A DNA stretch of 64,000 nt, from contig JACJYH010000005.1 of assembly GCA_020636195.1 (NCBI GenBank), positions 13,435-77,434 on the forward strand, in the 5' to 3' direction. Of the stretch, positions 47,006 to 57,300 are shown one piece after another. Both the position numbers and the translations under genes were made by a program. Under the pieces are notes generated by a model. The model was given only the letters and a program-made list of their open reading frames with translations. It did not search any database and was not told where the DNA came from. The stretch is from Lewinellaceae bacterium. GTDB taxonomy: Bacteria > Bacteroidota > Bacteroidia > Chitinophagales > Saprospiraceae. Each line of letters opens with the position of its first letter. The first letter of the stretch is position 1.

Positions 47006-48046
47006 ATGATGAATATAAAGTTTTACATATCGTTTTCATTTATTTTGACAATAGCCTTTGGTGTATTTGCGGGCAATCCGGACAGACAGGGTCAGGCAGG
47101 CGCAGGAGAGCTGTTATTAAATCCGTGGGGTAAGAGTGCTGGTTTGCATTCTATGAGTACATCTAGTGTGACTGGTATCGAGGCTATGCGTATAAATGTC
47201 GCAGGATTGAGTCGAATAAACAAATTCCAAATTGGTGTTTCAAGCAATAAATTATATTCCGGGTCAGACCTCAATTTCGTGGGTTTGGGACTCGCTACCC
47301 GAGTAGGTACATCAGGTGCTTTAGGTGTAGAATTATCACAATTAAAATTTGGAGACATTCCTATTACAACAAATCTGCAGCCTGCGGGTACAGGTGGAAC
47401 TTTCTCTCCAAGTTTTTTCCAATTGGGTATTGGGTACGCATTTACCTATGCGAATAAGATATCTGTTGGGCTTTTGTTTAGAGCAATTTCAGAATCTGTG
47501 ATTGATGTTTCTGCTTTTGGATGGGCAATAGATGCGGGAGTACAATATGTGTCGGGTGAAAAGGACAACTTTAAACTTGGGATTTCCTTGAGAAATATTG
47601 GTTCTCCAATGCAGTTTGGAGGTGAAGGATTATCTGTGCGAAGAGATAATCCGGATCAAGCGTATGGAAGTTATCAAATCAACTATGATTACAGAGCCGC
47701 GAGTTTTGAGTTGCCATCAATTCTGAATATAGGTGTTTCATATGACTTTTATTTTAAAGACAAAATCTATTTGAGAGCATTGGGAAATTTCACATCAAAT
47801 GCTTTCTCGAGAGATCAAGTTGGCGTTGGTGCTGAATTCTCGTTTAAAGATTTAGTAGTATTAAGATCAGCCTATAAATTGGATCTTGGACAGAGTATTG
47901 GCGGTAATAATATATATACAGGTTTATCTGCAGGATTTACTGTAAATGTCCCTTTGAAAGGAAACCCAATAGCTTTTGATTATGCTTATAGGGCGACCAA
48001 TCCATATAAAGGAAGCCATAATTTTGCTGTGCTACTTTCATTTTAG
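47006..48046 (+). CDS. PorV/PorQ-like outer-membrane beta-barrel
   Basis: Signal peptide. AGELLLNPWGKSAGLHSMSTSSVTGIEAMRINVAGLS resembles the PorV/PorQ N-terminal pattern. Alternating beta-strand composition with a terminal aromatic residue (LLSF). Confidence 0.55.
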   Translation: MMNIKFYISFSFILTIAFGVFAGNPDRQGQAGAGELLLNPWGKSAGLHSMSTSSVTGIEAMRINVAGLSRINKFQIGVSSNKLYSGSDLNFVGLGLATRVGTSGALGVELSQLKFGDIPITTNLQPAGTGGTFSPSFFQLGIGYAFTYANKISVGLLFRAISESVIDVSAFGWAIDAGVQYVSGEKDNFKLGISLRNIGSPMQFGGEGLSVRRDNPDQAYGSYQINYDYRAASFELPSILNIGVSYDFYFKDKIYLRALGNFTSNAFSRDQVGVGAEFSFKDLVVLRSAYKLDLGQSIGGNNIYTGLSAGFTVNVPLKGNPIAFDYAYRATNPYKGSHNFAVLLSF

Positions 48047-48108
48047 GATGAACTATTGGTGAACCATTTGCTAATTTTTATGTTTAGCAAATAATTTAGA
48101 AGATATAG

Positions 48109-48149
48109 ACAGACGTTTCCGTCAATCACAATGGAAACGTCTGTTTTTT
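48109..48149 (+). terminator. intrinsic terminator
   Basis: Perfect 12-bp stem ACAGACGTTTCC / GGAAACGTCTGT, a 12-nt loop, then TTTTT. Confidence 0.8.
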
Positions 48150-48176
48150 ATTTTTAATCATGCTATAAATATAATA

Positions 48177-48653
48177 ATGATGTCTGGAATATCATACATG
48201 ACACAAGAAGGGTATGAGAAGTTAAGAGCCGAATTGGATGAACTGAAGACCAAGGGCAGAGATGAAGCTGCAAAAGCAATAGCTGAAGCTAGAGATAAAG
48301 GTGATTTATCTGAAAATGCAGAATATGATGCTGCAAAGAACGCCCAAGGTATGTTGGAACTAAAAATCAGCGAATTGGAGAAAGCATTTGCAGGCGCTAG
48401 AATAATTGACGCTTCGCAGTTAGACACGTCCAAAGTGACAGTTCTGACCAATGTGACCATCAGAAATATCAAGACGAATAAAGATATGACTTATAAGCTA
48501 GTGGCTGAAGCTGAAGCAAACTTGAAGGAAAAGAAAATTTCAATTAGTTCACCAATAGGTCAAGGACTCTTGGGAAAAGCAGTCGGTGACCTCGCTAAAA
48601 TAGAGACTCCGGCAGGTGTTATGGATTTTAAAATCATTGAAATATCGTTGTAA
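48177..48653 (+). CDS. greA: transcription elongation factor GreA
   Basis: MTQEGYEKLRAELDELK...R...A..I.EAR..GDLSENAEYDAAK matches GreA throughout. Confidence 0.95.
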   Translation: MMSGISYMTQEGYEKLRAELDELKTKGRDEAAKAIAEARDKGDLSENAEYDAAKNAQGMLELKISELEKAFAGARIIDASQLDTSKVTVLTNVTIRNIKTNKDMTYKLVAEAEANLKEKKISISSPIGQGLLGKAVGDLAKIETPAGVMDFKIIEISL

Positions 48654-49045
48654 TGGCATCTATATTTTCAAAAATAGTCAATGGTGAAATACCTGCATAT
48701 AAAATAGCTGAAACTGAAGAATATTTAGCTTTTTTGGATGCTTTTCCATTGGTGAAAGGTCATACTTTAGTGATCCCAAAGAAAGAAATTGATTATATTT
48801 TTGATGTTAACGATGAATTGTATTCAGGATTATGGCAGTTTTCCAAAGAGATTGCAAAAGCTGTTAAATTAGCCATTCCTTGCCAAAGAATTGGAGTGAC
48901 TGTGATAGGTTTAGAAGTTCCTCACGCTCACATCCATCTCATTCCTATCCAGAAGATGGAGGATATGAATTTTTCAAAGCCCAAACTGAACTTTTCAAAG
49001 GAAGAGATGGAAATGATAGCCACATCTATCAGAAGTAAATTATAA
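48653..49045 (+). CDS. HIT family (histidine triad) protein
   Basis: FSKIVNGEIPAYKI and HAHIHLIP. Confidence 0.9.
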   Translation: MASIFSKIVNGEIPAYKIAETEEYLAFLDAFPLVKGHTLVIPKKEIDYIFDVNDELYSGLWQFSKEIAKAVKLAIPCQRIGVTVIGLEVPHAHIHLIPIQKMEDMNFSKPKLNFSKEEMEMIATSIRSKL

Positions 49046-49049
49046 TCTC

Positions 49050-49700
49050 ATGATTATAGCAGAACAATTGGTAAAGTCTTACGGAGATGTTCGCGTTTTA
49101 AAAGGTGTGGATCTACATATTGAGCCTGCAGAGATAGTTAGTATTACTGGTAAATCTGGTGCAGGAAAGAGTACTTTGCTACATATTTTAGGCATGTTGG
49201 ATAATGCTGATTCAGGTAAGGTCATCATCAATGGCACTGAAACCAATTCTATGGATGAAAAGCAGAGTGCAAAATTTAGAAATGAAAACATAGGTTTTGT
49301 ATTTCAATTTCATCACTTATTGGGAGAATTCACGGCTCTGGAAAATGTGTGCATTCCGGCTTATATTTCCAAAAAAGATACGAATGAGGTGGATAGGAAG
49401 GCCAAAGAGTTATTGCATCATCTTGGACTTTCGCACCGAAACACCCATAAACCCAATCAACTGAGTGGTGGTGAAGCCCAGAGAGTAGCCGTTGCACGTG
49501 CACTTATAAATAACCCCAAGGTAATATTTGCCGATGAACCGACTGGAAATTTGGATCGGAGTAGTTCAGAAAACTTGCACAATTTGTTTTTAGAATTACG
49601 AAAAGAGTTGGGCATTAGCTTTGTGATTGTTACACACAATGAAGAATTAGCCAAAATAAGCGACCGAATCATCCATATTGATGATGGCGTCATTGTGTAA
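49050..49700 (+). CDS. ABC transporter ATP-binding protein (LolD/FtsE-like)
   Basis: Walker A GKSGAGKST, signature LSGGEAQRVAVARAL, Walker B IFADEPT. Confidence 0.85.
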   Translation: MIIAEQLVKSYGDVRVLKGVDLHIEPAEIVSITGKSGAGKSTLLHILGMLDNADSGKVIINGTETNSMDEKQSAKFRNENIGFVFQFHHLLGEFTALENVCIPAYISKKDTNEVDRKAKELLHHLGLSHRNTHKPNQLSGGEAQRVAVARALINNPKVIFADEPTGNLDRSSSENLHNLFLELRKELGISFVIVTHNEELAKISDRIIHIDDGVIV

Positions 49701-49727
49701 TATTTGTTAATTATATATTAATAAAAG

Positions 49728-49755
49728 GTGCAATATAATGTATTGCACGGTTTTT
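49728..49755 (+). terminator. intrinsic terminator
   Basis: GTGCAATA-taatg-TATTGCAC, then ggTTTTT. Confidence 0.7.
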
Positions 49756-49921
49756 GGGTGGGTTAACATATCGTTGACGCGTATTAAGATAATTTCATTT
49801 TAATTTTGCGCCCCCAAAGCTTATACAGTAAATTATTAACTTTTTGATGCTATTTGTATTGTAATGTTTTTTATTTACGTTATAGACCAAATGAGCAAAT
49901 GCATCAGTTAAAAAATATTTA

Positions 49922-51217
49922 ATGATGAATTGTATCCGACATAATTTTATTGTTTATATTTATCCCGTGTTCATTAATAAACGAGTATTTAGGTTCATTT
50001 TAATGTTAGCCTTTTTTATGGTTGCCAATATGTCTTCTAAGGCATTGGCGCGTAATGTGGCATACATGAATCGTTTGACCAATCTCAATACGGTGATTGA
50101 TGTACAATTGACAGAAGAAGTTGAAACTCAAATCTCAAACCTTGTTGACAAATACCGATCGCAATCTGAAATTATTTTGGGGAGAACTTCACTATATTTT
50201 CCAGCTATAGAAGACATATTGAGAAGGAATGACCTTCCGGATGAATTCAAATACATCACCGTTGTTGAAAGTAGTTTATTGCCAAATGTGGTTTCTCATC
50301 AGGGAGCAGCCGGACTTTGGCAGTTTATGAAAGGTACAGCAGATTTATTGGGCTTAAAAGTCAATAAATATGTTGACGAGCGCCGTGACCTTATCAAATC
50401 TACTGAAAAAGCAACTCAATACTTGAAAGTATTATATGATATTTATGGTGATTGGACCATGGCACTGGCTGCTTATAACTGTGGTCAGGGTAATGTGGAT
50501 AAAGCCATTCGTAAGTCAGGTGGATCAACAAATTATTGGGAAATCCAGAAATATTTGCCGTCAGAGACAAAGAAATACATTCCTCGATTTATTGCTGCTT
50601 CGTACTTGATGAATTATTATTATTTGCATGATCTGACGCCCGCAGCACCTTCTGAATACTTGTTATATAACTCATCAGTAAAAGTATTTAAGAGAATTGA
50701 CTTAAAAAAGGTAAGTTCAGAATTTGAGATAGATCCTTACATAGTCGAATTATTGAATCCGACATTTGTTAAGGATATTATTCCTGCTTCGGAAGATGAC
50801 GAATATGTATTGACATTGCCGGAGAAGCACATTTACGAATATATCGATAAATACAATTCCTATGATAACTTGGTGTATAATCCACTTATCAACTTTAAAT
50901 ATCCTGAAATATCAGAGCTGCCGATCGCTGAAAGTGAATCACACACAGATCATGCTCTGGCGGTGCTAAATCCATTAAAGAAAAAGAGCAGATTATCTAC
51001 AAAACAGGATAATTTAAATTCTGACAGTTTTGCGAATCTTTTCAAATATCGCAAGTCAGTATCCTTAGATGGTAGTAAGTTTTATAAACTCAAACGCAAA
51101 GAGTCACTCAAAGATGTTGCCATAGCGCATCAAATACCATTGGAGTCGTTACTTGCAGTGAATCAAGTTTCCGCCACATCAGGAATAGCTCCTGGAAGTA
51201 TTATTTTACTACCATAA
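49922..51217 (+). CDS. lytic transglycosylase (SLT domain, MltD-like) with C-terminal LysM
   Basis: VESSLLPNVVSHQGAAGLWQFM and AAYNCG. The C-terminal YKLKRKESLKDVAIAHQIPLESLLAVN is LysM-like. The true start is probably downstream of 49922. Confidence 0.85.
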   Translation: MMNCIRHNFIVYIYPVFINKRVFRFILMLAFFMVANMSSKALARNVAYMNRLTNLNTVIDVQLTEEVETQISNLVDKYRSQSEIILGRTSLYFPAIEDILRRNDLPDEFKYITVVESSLLPNVVSHQGAAGLWQFMKGTADLLGLKVNKYVDERRDLIKSTEKATQYLKVLYDIYGDWTMALAAYNCGQGNVDKAIRKSGGSTNYWEIQKYLPSETKKYIPRFIAASYLMNYYYLHDLTPAAPSEYLLYNSSVKVFKRIDLKKVSSEFEIDPYIVELLNPTFVKDIIPASEDDEYVLTLPEKHIYEYIDKYNSYDNLVYNPLINFKYPEISELPIAESESHTDHALAVLNPLKKKSRLSTKQDNLNSDSFANLFKYRKSVSLDGSKFYKLKRKESLKDVAIAHQIPLESLLAVNQVSATSGIAPGSIILLP

Positions 51218-51230
51218 ATTTCTAAAGTAT

Positions 51231-51602
51231 TTGAAAGTCAAAATAAGCTTGAAGGATGTTGAGTTTTTTGCCTTTCATGGTTTTTACACTGAGGAACGCT
51301 CGTCAGGGCATTATTTTTTAGTCACGATAGATGCGTGGTACAAAAGAAATCCCAATACGGATACCGAAAACATTGCTAACACTATAAACTATGAAAATCT
51401 ATTTCTCATCTCGAAGCAAGAAATGGAAGCTACAAAACTATTGATTGAATCTGTGGCAGAATGTATGATTACAAAAATCGTTGAATTATCACCCCAAATT
51501 ACAAAAGTAAAGGTCAGTATTAAGAAATTGTCACCACAGTTAGGCGGTGCTTTGAAATATTCTAAGATCACCATGTGCAAAAGATGTGAAAGCAATGATT
51601 GA
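51231..51602 (+). CDS. folB: dihydroneopterin aldolase
   Basis: ISLKDVEFFAFHGFYTEERSSGHYF.V.ID ... INYENL ... LIESVAE.I matches the FolB pattern. TTG start. Confidence 0.8.
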   Translation: MKVKISLKDVEFFAFHGFYTEERSSGHYFLVTIDAWYKRNPNTDTENIANTINYENLFLISKQEMEATKLLIESVAECMITKIVELSPQITKVKVSIKKLSPQLGGALKYSKITMCKRCESND

Positions 51603-52203
51603 AAAAGCCAAGAACCACCTACGAAGGGATGACAAATTAAAAAATATTATTGACAGTGTAGAAATCAATGTGCAATCTAATGGTTTAGGTTGTTTTCAAT
51701 CACTGGTCAAATCCATCATATCGCAGCAATTGTCGAATAAAGCAGCTGCAACCATTTACGGTCGATTTTTAGACCTTGTTGGTGATAGAGATCTACAATC
51801 TTTTTTAATAGAAACGGAGATTGCGCCTTTAAGAGATGTTGGGTTGTCATTTCAGAAATCACAATACGTCAAAAATACTGCAACCTTTTTTAATGACCAT
51901 CAACTGACAGATGATCTAATAGAAAAAATGGACGATGCATCCATTATATCTTTATTGACTCAAATAAAAGGTGTAGGACAATGGACAGTTGAAATGATCT
52001 TGATATTCAATCTCAACAGACTCGATGTATTGCCTATAGATGATTTAATCGTCAGAAATGGTATCAAAAAAATACTGGAAATCGAAAATCTTCCCAAAAA
52101 ACAAGAAGACGCTTTGATCATCTCTAAAACAGAACATTGGCGGCCATATAGAAGTATCGCTTCTCTCTATATTTGGGCAAATAAAGATAATATGAAAACT
52201 TAA
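51586..52203 (+). CDS. DNA-3-methyladenine glycosylase II family (HhH-GPD, AlkA-like)
   Basis: IISQQLSNKAA, the HhH element IKGVGQWTVEMILIF, and the Asp region LPIDDLIVRNG. Confidence 0.75.
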   Translation: MKAMIEKAKNHLRRDDKLKNIIDSVEINVQSNGLGCFQSLVKSIISQQLSNKAAATIYGRFLDLVGDRDLQSFLIETEIAPLRDVGLSFQKSQYVKNTATFFNDHQLTDDLIEKMDDASIISLLTQIKGVGQWTVEMILIFNLNRLDVLPIDDLIVRNGIKKILEIENLPKKQEDALIISKTEHWRPYRSIASLYIWANKDNMKT

Positions 52204-52322
52204 TTGTTCAATATGTGTATTTGCATTGCCATTTTGAAGGAATATTTTCAATGATTTCATTTTAATTTCTTGGCGATAATCCCATTCAAACCAAAAGAAA
52301 ATATTGTTGTTAGAAAGAAGGC

Positions 52323-53156
52323 ATGGTTACTGATCGATTTCAAGAAAATGATGAATTTACCTTATTAAAAAGGGATGTAGAGTATATCTATGAAACGCTA
52401 AAAGCAGCAAGTGAAGCTTTATTGGATATCTATAGATCTGAATCTGAATGGGAACTCAGCTATAAATCTGACCACAGCCCCGTTACAAAGGCAGACACCA
52501 CGTCAAGTACTATCATTACCAAAAGACTTCAGTCTGAATATCCCAATATCTTGATAGTCTCTGAGGAAGAAGAAATTCCAAGTTATGAAGTACGAAAAAA
52601 CTTTAGAAATCTCTGGTTGGTGGATCCGCTAGACGGCACCAAAGAATTTATTAATAAGACTGGAGAATTTACTATCAATTTAGCATTAGTACGAGATCAT
52701 CAGGTAATAGCAGGATTTATTTTTGTACCATCTTCAGATAGTTTTTATTATGCCATAAAAGGGCAAGGGAGCTTTGAATGGAATGGGAAATCTGAAAGAA
52801 TCAAACTACAAGTCTCCACTTTTGACTTTAAAACTGAAGGAATAAGGGTTTTGGCCAGTAGGCAAGGCATGGATCATCATTCCAAAAAATATATAGAATC
52901 CTTGAAATCACCGATTATCTCTTCTAAGGGAAGCGCACTAAAGTTTATTGCTTTGGCCAAGGGAGAAGCAGATTACTATCCACGTATGATCCACATCATG
53001 GAATGGGATACTGCCGCAGGGCAAATCATCATAGAAGAAGCAGGAGGTAAACTGATAGATGCACACACAAATCTTCCTTTGGTCTATAATAAAACATTGC
53101 TGACAAATCCTTATTTTATAGCCATGGGAAACGCCATTGATGAAAAAGAGGAGTGA
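52323..53156 (+). CDS. cysQ: 3'(2'),5'-bisphosphate nucleotidase
   Basis: SPVTKAD, WLVDPLDGTKEF and WDTAAG motifs of the inositol-monophosphatase/CysQ family. Confidence 0.85.
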   Translation: MVTDRFQENDEFTLLKRDVEYIYETLKAASEALLDIYRSESEWELSYKSDHSPVTKADTTSSTIITKRLQSEYPNILIVSEEEEIPSYEVRKNFRNLWLVDPLDGTKEFINKTGEFTINLALVRDHQVIAGFIFVPSSDSFYYAIKGQGSFEWNGKSERIKLQVSTFDFKTEGIRVLASRQGMDHHSKKYIESLKSPIISSKGSALKFIALAKGEADYYPRMIHIMEWDTAAGQIIIEEAGGKLIDAHTNLPLVYNKTLLTNPYFIAMGNAIDEKEE

Positions 53157-53901
53157 TATCACGGCTGTTATTGTCGTTAAAGACGGAGCTAGAACCATTT
53201 CCGGTTGCATTCAAGCATTACAAAATGTGCTCCAATATATTATTGTGGCAATAGATGACCAGACTTCTGATGAAACTGAAATGATCTGCAAAGATCTTAG
53301 AGTAGAATGCCATTTAATTTCTTGGCAAGGGTTTTCTACCACAAAAAATCTAGTGGCTGCATTAGCAAAAACCGAATGGATACTTAGCATAGATGCAGAT
53401 GAAATCATCAATGAAGATCTACAGCAAAGCATCCTGCATTTAGACTTGAAACCATCAACAGTGTATGCTTTCAATAGGTTATCTTTTATTGGTGAAACTG
53501 CTATACGGCATAGTGGGTGGTTTCCGGATTGGGTCAGCAGATTATACAACAAAAATGAAGCACAATGGAATGTCCGTTTGGTTCATGAAGGTTTGACTTT
53601 GAAAAAGGATAATCAAATTGTTCGGCTGGAAGGTGTTGCCTATCATTATTCATACGTTGATTTTCATCAAGTGGAAAGGAAGTTTGATAATTATGCGCTA
53701 TTAAGAGCCAAGGAATGGATTTCAAAGTCTAACAAACCACCCATATTAAAACGTCTCTTTGGGCCGTACTTTCGGGTATTAAAAACGTATATTTTGAATA
53801 GAGGTTTTTTGGATGGGAATGCCGGCTTACAATTGGCAAAACTAGAATTTGAACTCAAGAGAAAGGAGCTAAATTATTTTAAAAAATTGAGGAAGTCATA
53901 A
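53137..53901 (+). CDS. family 2 glycosyltransferase (LPS-core type)
   Basis: ITAVIVVKDGARTISGCIQAL ... AIDDQTSDET ... SIDADE (DxD). Confidence 0.8.
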   Translation: MMKKRSDITAVIVVKDGARTISGCIQALQNVLQYIIVAIDDQTSDETEMICKDLRVECHLISWQGFSTTKNLVAALAKTEWILSIDADEIINEDLQQSILHLDLKPSTVYAFNRLSFIGETAIRHSGWFPDWVSRLYNKNEAQWNVRLVHEGLTLKKDNQIVRLEGVAYHYSYVDFHQVERKFDNYALLRAKEWISKSNKPPILKRLFGPYFRVLKTYILNRGFLDGNAGLQLAKLEFELKRKELNYFKKLRKS

Positions 53902-53906
53902 ATAAT

Positions 53907-55121
53907 CTACCACGACTTGCTTTGGTAAGGGTACCTAACCTGATATGCTTCGGAAATCATTTGCATCAATGTCTGTCTGAGAGCTTCAAAGTTTTCTCTT
54001 TCAACTGCTGAAATAAATATTGAATCCATATTGTTGAGTCCTGAATATTTGATGGCAATGCCATCCAAAATTTCTTCTTTCCCTTCATCAGATAGGAGAT
54101 CATCAAAATATTTACTACGAAAGGCATCTATCTTATTGAATACCAGCAAAGTAGGTTTACCATGCGCTCCTAATTCTTCCAAAGTCTTCATCACAGTATT
54201 GATGTGGTCTTCATACTGAGGATGAGAGACATCTACTACATGTACCAAAATGTCACTTTCACGCACTTCATCTAGTGTGGATTTGAAACTTTCTACCAAG
54301 TGGTGAGGTAATTTTCTAATGAATCCTACGGTGTCCGACAATAAAAAGGGCATATTGTCCCAAACGACTTTTCTCACAGTGGTGTCAAGTGTTGCAAACA
54401 GTTTATCTTCTGCGAAGACATCTGATTTGCTAAGGGCATTCATCAATGTGGATTTTCCGGCATTAGTATATCCCACCAGAGAAACCCTGATGAGCTCACC
54501 TCTGTTTTTGCGTTGGGTCTGAGCTTGTTGGTCTATTTTTTCAAGTCGTTTTTTGAGGAGGGCGATTTTATCTCTCACAATCCTTCTATCCGTTTCTATC
54601 TCCATTTCACCCGGACCACGCATACCTATACCACCACGCTGACGCTCCAAGTGGGTCCATAATCCACGAAGTCTGGGCAGTAGATATTGCATTTGAGCTA
54701 GTTCCACTTGTGTTTTGGCTTGTGCGGTTTGTGCTCGTTCCGCAAAGATATCCAAGATAAGCGTGCTCCTATCTACGATCTTGACTTTGAGATATTCTTC
54801 GAGATAACTGTTTTGTTTTCCTGTCAAATCAGCATCTATGATCACGACGGTGACATCTTCGTTGGCTTGGATGTATTCTTTGATTTCATCCAATTTTCCG
54901 GGGCCAACATAAGATTTTACATTAGGATGTTTTATCCTTTGGGTATATACCTTTGCGGTGATGGCGCCTGCAGTTGTGGCAAGAAACTCCAACTCATCGA
55001 GATGCTCCATCACTTCAGTCTCAGTATCTTTCTCTGTGATCGCAGCAACAAGAATGCACGTTTCATGAGATTTTGCAATCCCTGAAATCTCTTTTTTTCC
55101 TACCTTCCATGCGTCGCTCAT
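53907..55121 (-). CDS. hflX: GTPase HflX
   Basis: HflX N-terminal domain (LILDIFAERAQTAQAKTQVELAQ), G1 GYTNAGKST, G3 DTVGF, G4 NKID. Confidence 0.95.
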   Translation of the reverse strand: MSDAWKVGKKEISGIAKSHETCILVAAITEKDTETEVMEHLDELEFLATTAGAITAKVYTQRIKHPNVKSYVGPGKLDEIKEYIQANEDVTVVIIDADLTGKQNSYLEEYLKVKIVDRSTLILDIFAERAQTAQAKTQVELAQMQYLLPRLRGLWTHLERQRGGIGMRGPGEMEIETDRRIVRDKIALLKKRLEKIDQQAQTQRKNRGELIRVSLVGYTNAGKSTLMNALSKSDVFAEDKLFATLDTTVRKVVWDNMPFLLSDTVGFIRKLPHHLVESFKSTLDEVRESDILVHVVDVSHPQYEDHINTVMKTLEELGAHGKPTLLVFNKIDAFRSKYFDDLLSDEGKEEILDGIAIKYSGLNNMDSIFISAVERENFEALRQTLMQMISEAYQVRYPYQSKSW

Positions 55122-55219
55122 ACCATTTTATTTTAAAGTGATGCTCCGAATTCAAACATAATCGATGCAATAAGGTTTTTACAATGGATTCATATTCATC
55201 TCAGCAAAATATCAATTAG

Positions 55220-55588
55220 ATGCATCCCTATATTCCCAATCTTGTCATGAGCATACTTTTCTTCTTGGTACCTGCTTATGATTATTTTTATCAAGATGGC
55301 AATGCCAGTGTGGGCTTACTACCCATTTTGACATCCATCATCTTGTTATCTCTCAATAATGGTGTAAAATTTGACATCTTACCTCAAATAAAAGCTGCTG
55401 CCTGGGCCATAGGCATCACTGTTTTAGGCATCGGATATGCGGTTTGGTCACACCGCGAAGAAAGTGGTGGTTGGTTATGGGAATACAGTATATTGGGTAT
55501 GATGGGCATGATTACATTGATCATTTTTGTGCTGCATATCGGGAAACTGAAAGCTAAAGCAGCAAATCAAATGCATCGTACCAAATAG
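55220..55588 (+). CDS. small membrane protein, unknown function
   Basis: Four hydrophobic segments. No recognisable motif. Confidence 0.5.
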   Translation: MHPYIPNLVMSILFFLVPAYDYFYQDGNASVGLLPILTSIILLSLNNGVKFDILPQIKAAAWAIGITVLGIGYAVWSHREESGGWLWEYSILGMMGMITLIIFVLHIGKLKAKAANQMHRTK

Positions 55589-55648
55589 TGTTATAGGTCA
55601 ATATGAAATGGATTTTTTACTTCAATGACTATCAGTGATGAGCCAGGA

Positions 55649-57142
55649 TCATTCTACTACAATTTTCTTTGTGATAGATCGATGATTCGTCCTAATTTTC
55701 AGGATGTAGATGCCACTTGCGTAGTGACTGACGTCAATATCTTTTTGGTAATCGGTAACTGAAAATTGATCAATGATTCTACCCGATATATCGACCACTT
55801 CTATAGACTGTATGGGCTCATCTTGTGCCCGTATATATACAAGTACGTGTGCGGGATTGGGAAAAATATTTATGGATGCTGTGACGGATTGATCTGATGT
55901 GCCGGTAAAGAGACCCAAGCTCTCACCTTTTACTAACATATAACTGTTAGCGCCGCTATCCCAATCATATGTAGGCTTGTGTGTCAAAGTATCAATATAC
56001 AAGGCATCTTCAAACAGAGAAATGAGCACGTTTCCATCATCCACTTTTTTAGACCAAATAGGTGTCGCAATTCTAAGAGAATCTGTTGGTCTCATTTTTT
56101 TCAGTATCGTCTCTTCGTTTTGGTTTTGAATCCTTTTTGATGTCAGAAAGTTATCAAGGCCGCCTGTTTCATTTGTTCTGAGTATGACGCCCAGATATTC
56201 TTCAGGATTGGATACCCAATCAATAGGATAAAAGTTTTCTCGAAAGGAATTCGGAAAATCACATTCTGCTACGAACTCCCCATCAAAAGTATAGACATAG
56301 GATTCAAAATAAGTACCAGGAAACGGACTGTTTCGTTGGTTGAAGAAAAGGTTTTGGCGGTTTTCCTTAGAGTAATCTTTTATCTCCATTTGAACCGGAA
56401 TGTGATCAAATTCATTTTTTATCTTAAGAGAATAGTATTCTTTCAGATCAGGCGACAGATATCTAAATAGGATACCGGCAGTATCTATCTCTGTCATCAG
56501 AATGGTATCCGGGTGGATTTGGATTACATTAAATGAAATTTGGTAGTTTAATATTGAATCTTTTGATAGTATTCTCCCATCTCTATCGATTAAGTAGCTG
56601 TTTATCCAATTGAGAAGAAACACATTTGTATTTGTTTTACTTCTTTCTAAATACCGAATATTTCCGTTTTCTTCAAACATATAGGATTTATAAAACTTTT
56701 CTGCCCCAACCTCCATGCTTATACCAGAATGATCTTCGAAATCACCATGCTTGAAAGTCATCAAAGTACCATCGTCAACATTATACTCCCTAGTACTGAG
56801 TGTCATGTTGCGCAGTGTAGCGCCAAAAGACTGAATTGTATCATTGAGCACCCTACAGATTTTACCAAGAACTAAGAGTTTATTGTCTTTTATTAGGGCT
56901 CTAATGGGTATATCTATACGTTCACCATCCGTTCTTCCATACCGCTTGCGCGACAAAATTTTTCCTGTTGCTAAATCTTGGCAGTCAAGATAAACACCTA
57001 CAATAAGTCCCTCAATTGTATTTATTTCATAAAAAGTGAAAACTTTGTCCTGATACACAATTGGGTTGATATAATTTGAACCTTTGAAATGTGAATAGCC
57101 ATCCAATCGAGCATCTCTCATGGTGCTATCAAATGCAGTCAC
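55649..57142 (-). pseudogene. T9SS type A CTD cargo protein lacking its signal peptide (probable pseudogene or assembly error)
   Basis: The C-terminal NIFPNPAHVLVYI...IEVVDISGRII...ASGIYILKIRT...KKIVVE is a type A sorting domain. The ORF begins at GTG with a non-hydrophobic N-terminus and has an in-frame TAG 4 nt upstream. Confidence 0.6.
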
Positions 57143-57156
57143 ATGCTAAATGACAT

Positions 57157-57252
57157 CTAAATTGTCAAATTGGATCTGCTCATAAGGTCTTTGGGGCCAG
57201 TGTAACTGGCAGTTAAGAATAAAAAAGCTAAAAGAAAGAAGATGTTTTTCAT
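57157..57252 (-). other. orphan signal-peptide mini-ORF (31 codons)
   Basis: The reverse complement reads MKNIFFLLAFLFLTASYTGPKDLMSRSNLTI-stop. It lies 14 nt upstream of the cargo ORF and in a different frame. Confidence 0.5.
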
Positions 57253-57300
57253 GATTATTGTTTTAATGTTATCAAAGATAGTAATTGAATTTTATTTCAT

